Positions 59,547-64,000 of a stretch of 64,000 nucleotides of DNA are shown in pieces. The position numbers and the translations under genes were made by a program. Source of the stretch: Chrysomallon squamiferum (Eukaryota > Animalia > Mollusca); the NCBI GenBank assembly GCA_012295275.1, contig CM022676.1, forward strand, positions 7,192,001 through 7,256,000, written 5' to 3'. How positions within the stretch are numbered: position 1 is the first letter of the stretch; every line of letters begins with the position of its first letter. Below the pieces are notes generated by a model. That model worked only from the letters and a program-made list of their open reading frames with translations. It had not been told where the DNA came from and did no database searches.

Positions 59547-59959
59547 GTTACTATTATTATTGTTATTATTATTACAATTATTATTACTATTATTATTAGT
59601 AGTTTTATTACAGTTATTATTACTATTACTGTTATTGTTTTGTATTATTGTTAAAATCATATTTATTTTTACCTACTAGTGAAAAAAATAAAAATAACAA
59701 ATATATATTCACCCACAACAATAAAAATTATATATATTGTCATATTCAGCCAAATGTAAATCAAAATATTCTATAATAATCTATCATATTGACATGGTAA
59801 CCTCTAGCAAATTTACTTTTAACTTTAAAATCAAGATATGTTATAATGATCAGTAGAAGTTTTTAGAAGCCAGTATTCATTTTAACCACTTCACTGCTAA
59901 GTTTGAATCAAGACCATCTGAATAGTAATCCCACAATTCATCTGGTTACAGTTGTTGTT

Positions 59960-60122
59960 GTTGGGGTTTTTTTGCCCATTCTAACCCAATTATCATTCTA
60001 AATTTTTTTATTTATTAAAACTCAACTTTCACCTCCATGTTGTTGTTGTTTTTTTGCCCATTCTAACCCAATTATCATTCTAAATTTTTTTTATTATTAA
60101 AAAACAACTTTCCCTCCATGTC
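59960..60122. repeat. Tandem duplication, ~83 bp
   Basis: ttttgcccattctaacccaattatcattctaaattttttt..caactttc.cctccatgt occurs twice. Confidence 0.85.
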
Positions 60123-60489
60123 ACAGATTTTCTCTCCATAACCCTCACTCTTCAGCTGACAGGTTTGAGTGACAGGCAGAAAAAAAAACCTTCCCAAGTT
60201 CCTCTTGTCCTCCACATAAACGAGGATTTGTGGCTGCTGGGTTTTTTTTTTTACAAGGAGCACATTAGTCGAAATGGCTTGCATTGCTATTTTCCTGTCA
60301 CCGATCATTAATTCACTGGTTCTGTGCCTGTCTGTTTGATACTTCGTTTGTTGTAATGACGTTGCTGCCGTTGTCGTGTTGGTGTAAGATTGATGTCGCT
60401 GATGCTGATGATGATGCTGGTGCTGGGTTGTTTCTGCCGTTAATGACGATTTGGACGATGCCGGGTTGAATTAGTAGTCATGGTGATGG

Positions 60490-61062
60490 TGGTGTTGTAG
60501 TTGTAGGGGTTGTGCTGTCTGTTCTGTTATGATGTTGCTGTAGTTGTAGTGGTTGTACAATTTTGAGGTTGTGATACTGATGTTGCTGTAGTTGTAATGG
60601 TTGTACAGTTTTGTGGTTATGATACTGATGTTGCTGTAGTTGTAATGGTTGTACAATTTGCTTGGTTATGATGCTGATGTTACTGTAGTGGTAATGGTTG
60701 TACAGTTTTGTGGTCATGATATTGATGTTGCTGTAGTGGTAATGGTTGTACAATTTTGTGGTCATGATATTGATGTTGCTGTAGTGGTAATGGTTGTACA
60801 GTTTTGTGGTTATGATACTGATGTTGCTGTAGTTGTAGTGGTTGTACAATTTTGAGGTTATGATACCGATGTTGCTGTAGTTGTAATCGTCGTACAATTT
60901 GCTTGGTTATGATACTGATGTTGCTGTAGTGGTAATGGTTGTACAGTTTTGTGGTTATGATATTGATGTTGCTGTAGTTGTAGTGGTTGTACAATTTTGA
61001 GGTTGTGATACTGATGTTGCTGTAGTTGTAATGGTTGTACTAGTTTGTTATGATGCTGATGT
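60490..61062. repeat. 48-49 bp minisatellite, about 12 copies
   Basis: Unit GATACTGATGTTGCTGTAGTTGTAATGGTTGTACAGTTTTGTGGTTAT, with anchors at 60573 and 60621. Confidence 0.95.
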
Positions 61063-61509
61063 GTAAATTAAGTTGCTTTTTTATCAAGGTGGATGAATCA
61101 TCTGCACAAAACTGGGTTTTTTGTGTTGTTTTGGTTGTGGTAGTGGTTAATCATATGAATATGATGCTGTAGTTCTAGTTGTATTATTATTATTATTATC
61201 ATTATTATTGTTATTTATTATTGGTATTATTAATTTGTTATTATTCTTTTTTTGGGTATCATCATCATCATCATCATCATTGTTATTATTATTGTTGTTG
61301 TAGTTGTTGTGTTGTCCATGTAGTAGCTGTTATTGGTATCCTCCTTTAAATATCATAATTCAGACATGTTTTTTATTTTTCCACGTGATATATCAGCACT
61401 AAAAGTATTTACTAAATATTCATTAATTTATTCATTTATTCAATTCACATCGCCGTTTTACTTTTATTATTTCATTTCATTTTTATTGATTTTTGTTTTT
61501 TCATTCAAA

Positions 61510-61542
<33 letters not shown>

Positions 61543-63054
61543 CACTAAACTGGATCACTATTCCCCAGTGTTGCGTCTGGTGAACATTTTCGAGCTGTAA
61601 CTAATCCAATTTTTTTTTTTCTTCTGATTTCGCCAATCACATCAAACTTGCTGTGCATTGATTTTGTTTCTCACTATTAAACTCACATAGTCGACAAAAC
61701 ACAAGAGACAACCAGAGTCGGAACAGGAAAACAAACAATTTAGCAGGTTGTAAGTTCGTTTGCACCCGTCCAGAAAATGCGTACTTTAAAAATAAAAAAT
61801 GATGATGATGATGATGATGACGGTCACTGTGACAAGCTGGACGTCGGTCATTGATGTCTGTACTGACCGGAACTGACCGATCTTCTGTCCAATTATCATT
61901 GTGTCTGGAATTCTGTAATGGGTTCGAGAACTAGATAAAACTTTATATCGATGGACGTTTTATTTTATTTATGCGTCTGGAAATTGAGTTGCTATGTCTG
62001 GAGTTGAATGTCCCGTCAACTGGAAGATGTGTGTGTAATGTTTGGCTTGATTGAGCTGTCGGTTTCTGGGATCAAATCTTCTCACTGGATGTTTAATTAT
62101 TTTTTTTAGATTACTTTTTATTTTTTTTTTGTTTTGTTTTGTTTGTTTAGTTGTTTTGTTGTTGTTGTTTTTTTTTTAATTTTTTTTTTTTAATTATTAC
62201 TTTTGTTAATACAGTAATAAACATAATAATTCTCTGGTCATTACTATTCCTATTGCTGTCATCATTATTTATTTATTTTTGAGCTGAATATTGTTTTCAT
62301 AATACATACAATGTTATTAATTTGTACACACACAGACACAGACACAGACACAAACACACATGCAGACACACATATATATGTACAGACAGACAATCAAACA
62401 TAAACATGCAAATGCTAACACACATATAAACAGATTCACAAAGAGATAACTACATATTCATACAAACACATTCTCATACACAAAATAAACAGAAACAAAA
62501 AAGGAAAAAGAAAAAGTGAGGGAAGGAAGGATAAAAAAAGAACAAAAAGAAAGAAAAATTATAAAAAATTAATAAAAAGGAAAAAAGAAACTGAAAGTAT
62601 GGTAAAAAGAATAAAACGGAAACAAAAAAAAATATGAAAGAAAGAAAAACAAAAGGAATAAAAGAAAGAAAAAAAGGAGTAAAAATCAAGAAAAGAAACA
62701 CTTTGGACACTCAATGCGTTGTTCAGCTATGAAACTCAAATCTGATTGATTATTGAGTCTCCTTACCACAGAAGAGCTCCACACTTCTCTTCCCGTTGAT
62801 GTGCATGCCTCCTCAAATTGCAGAGCACCAGTCATATTTCATTCACACTGCTGCTCTTGAATTGATAAAAGAATTTTTCTTTTGGCTGAATATGATAACA
62901 ATTCAAAGAAGCAATTTGTTTTCCAGTGCTGATGGAATATCTTGCCACTCTGTATAATCACTCTGAATTGCATTGATCAGTACAATGCATTTATCTCTCT
63001 TCCTGAACTCTTCAGAAAAAAAAAAAGAAAAAAAAAAAAAGATCAGTGCAGAAA

Positions 63055-63320
63055 TACGGTCAATGAAGTCTAATAGAGTAATCTCCCTTGCACTTCAATT
63101 AAAAAAAAAGAAAAGAGGGAAAGATGTCTGTTGAATTTTTAGTAAGTTCAGTAGAGTGATCTCCCTTTCACTTGTATAAAAGAAAGAAAAGAAATGTCTA
63201 GCCTGAATTACGGTGAATAATGGATAATAGAGTGGTCTCCCTTGCACTTGTATAAAAGAAAAGAAATGTCTAGGCTAAATTGTGTGGTCAATGAAATCTA
63301 ATAGAGTAATCTCCCTTGAA
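63055..63320. repeat. ~75-80 bp tandem repeat, 4 copies
   Basis: TAGAGT.ATCTCCCTTGCACTT..AAAAGAAAAGAAATGTCT recurs. Confidence 0.85.
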
Positions 63321-64000
63321 ATTATTTAAATCTTAGTGCTTGAGTGATGTGAATAGCAGATGAAATTGTCCGTGTGAGTTGAAACTTTTCTGGGTTTTGG
63401 TTAAGCTGCTGGATTTTACTTTGAATTGACACCATTTATGTGGTTATAAATCATGGGCTTTGTGGATAAATTGCTGAATATTATTTTTATTGTTAAATTT
63501 TTATTTTTTTATATTTTTTAAAATTTTTTTATTTGATTCTTTTGAATTATTCAGTTTTGTTTTTTTTCTGATTTTTGGATTTGTTTTCAAAATAGGGATT
63601 GAAAGAGATTGTGTGAAAATTAAGTGATTTAAAATAAATGATATTGTGTGGCAGTGTTTAAGCTCTTGAAATTTTTTTCTTCTTTCTTTCAGAGTGTTTT
63701 ATTTTTTCTAATTTTCTTTTATATCTTTCATTACATTCTTTATATTATTATTATTATTTTTGGTTATTTCATTTTTAACCCCAATCTTCCAAAATTTTTT
63801 GTTCAAGCTGAATTTATGTGTGTACATTAGCATGTTTAAACTGTGGATGGGAATATTACTGAAACAGAGAAACATATTCAAAGCTGTTTTCTTTTTTTCT
63901 TTTTGTCTTAATAAATGACAACAGCAGCAACAAAAGTGTTATTAATAATAATGACTAGCATCCATTGGAATACTGTAGTAAAAAAATGTTTTCAGTTAAT

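Noticed and set aside
61821-61882. Pre-miRNA hairpin from nested CGGTCA/TGACCG inverted repeats
   Set aside because: The stems are only 6-7 bp with a large asymmetric bulge. A cluster of GGTCA half-sites, or chance, is more likely.

Overview
This is AT-rich, microsatellite-dense animal genomic DNA, probably from an invertebrate and possibly a mollusc (judged only from remembered SINE similarity). It is not prokaryotic. The only well-supported coding sequence is one internal 348-nt phase 1-1 exon (14668-15015, +). It encodes the first Ig domain of a Turtle/IgSF9 (Dasm1) neural adhesion protein, and the ORF track misses it because the frame has no ATG. I found no other turtle exon, so the rest of the window is most likely intronic, including a downstream intron of at least 49 kb. 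The non-coding DNA has four components: short, CpG-containing, motif-rich islands (candidate enhancers); many locally amplified 26-120 bp tandem arrays; a dispersed ~117-bp repeat family in both orientations; and decayed tRNA-derived SINE copies. I cannot support a new biological system from sequence alone. The strongest leads are a tandem array that multiplies an RFX X-box, an inverted repeat pair whose left arm ends in a recursive-splice-like AG|GT site, a possible alternative terminal exon giving a secreted single-Ig isoform, and a dense CACCTG E-box cluster. Repeat boundaries and copy numbers were read by eye and are approximate.
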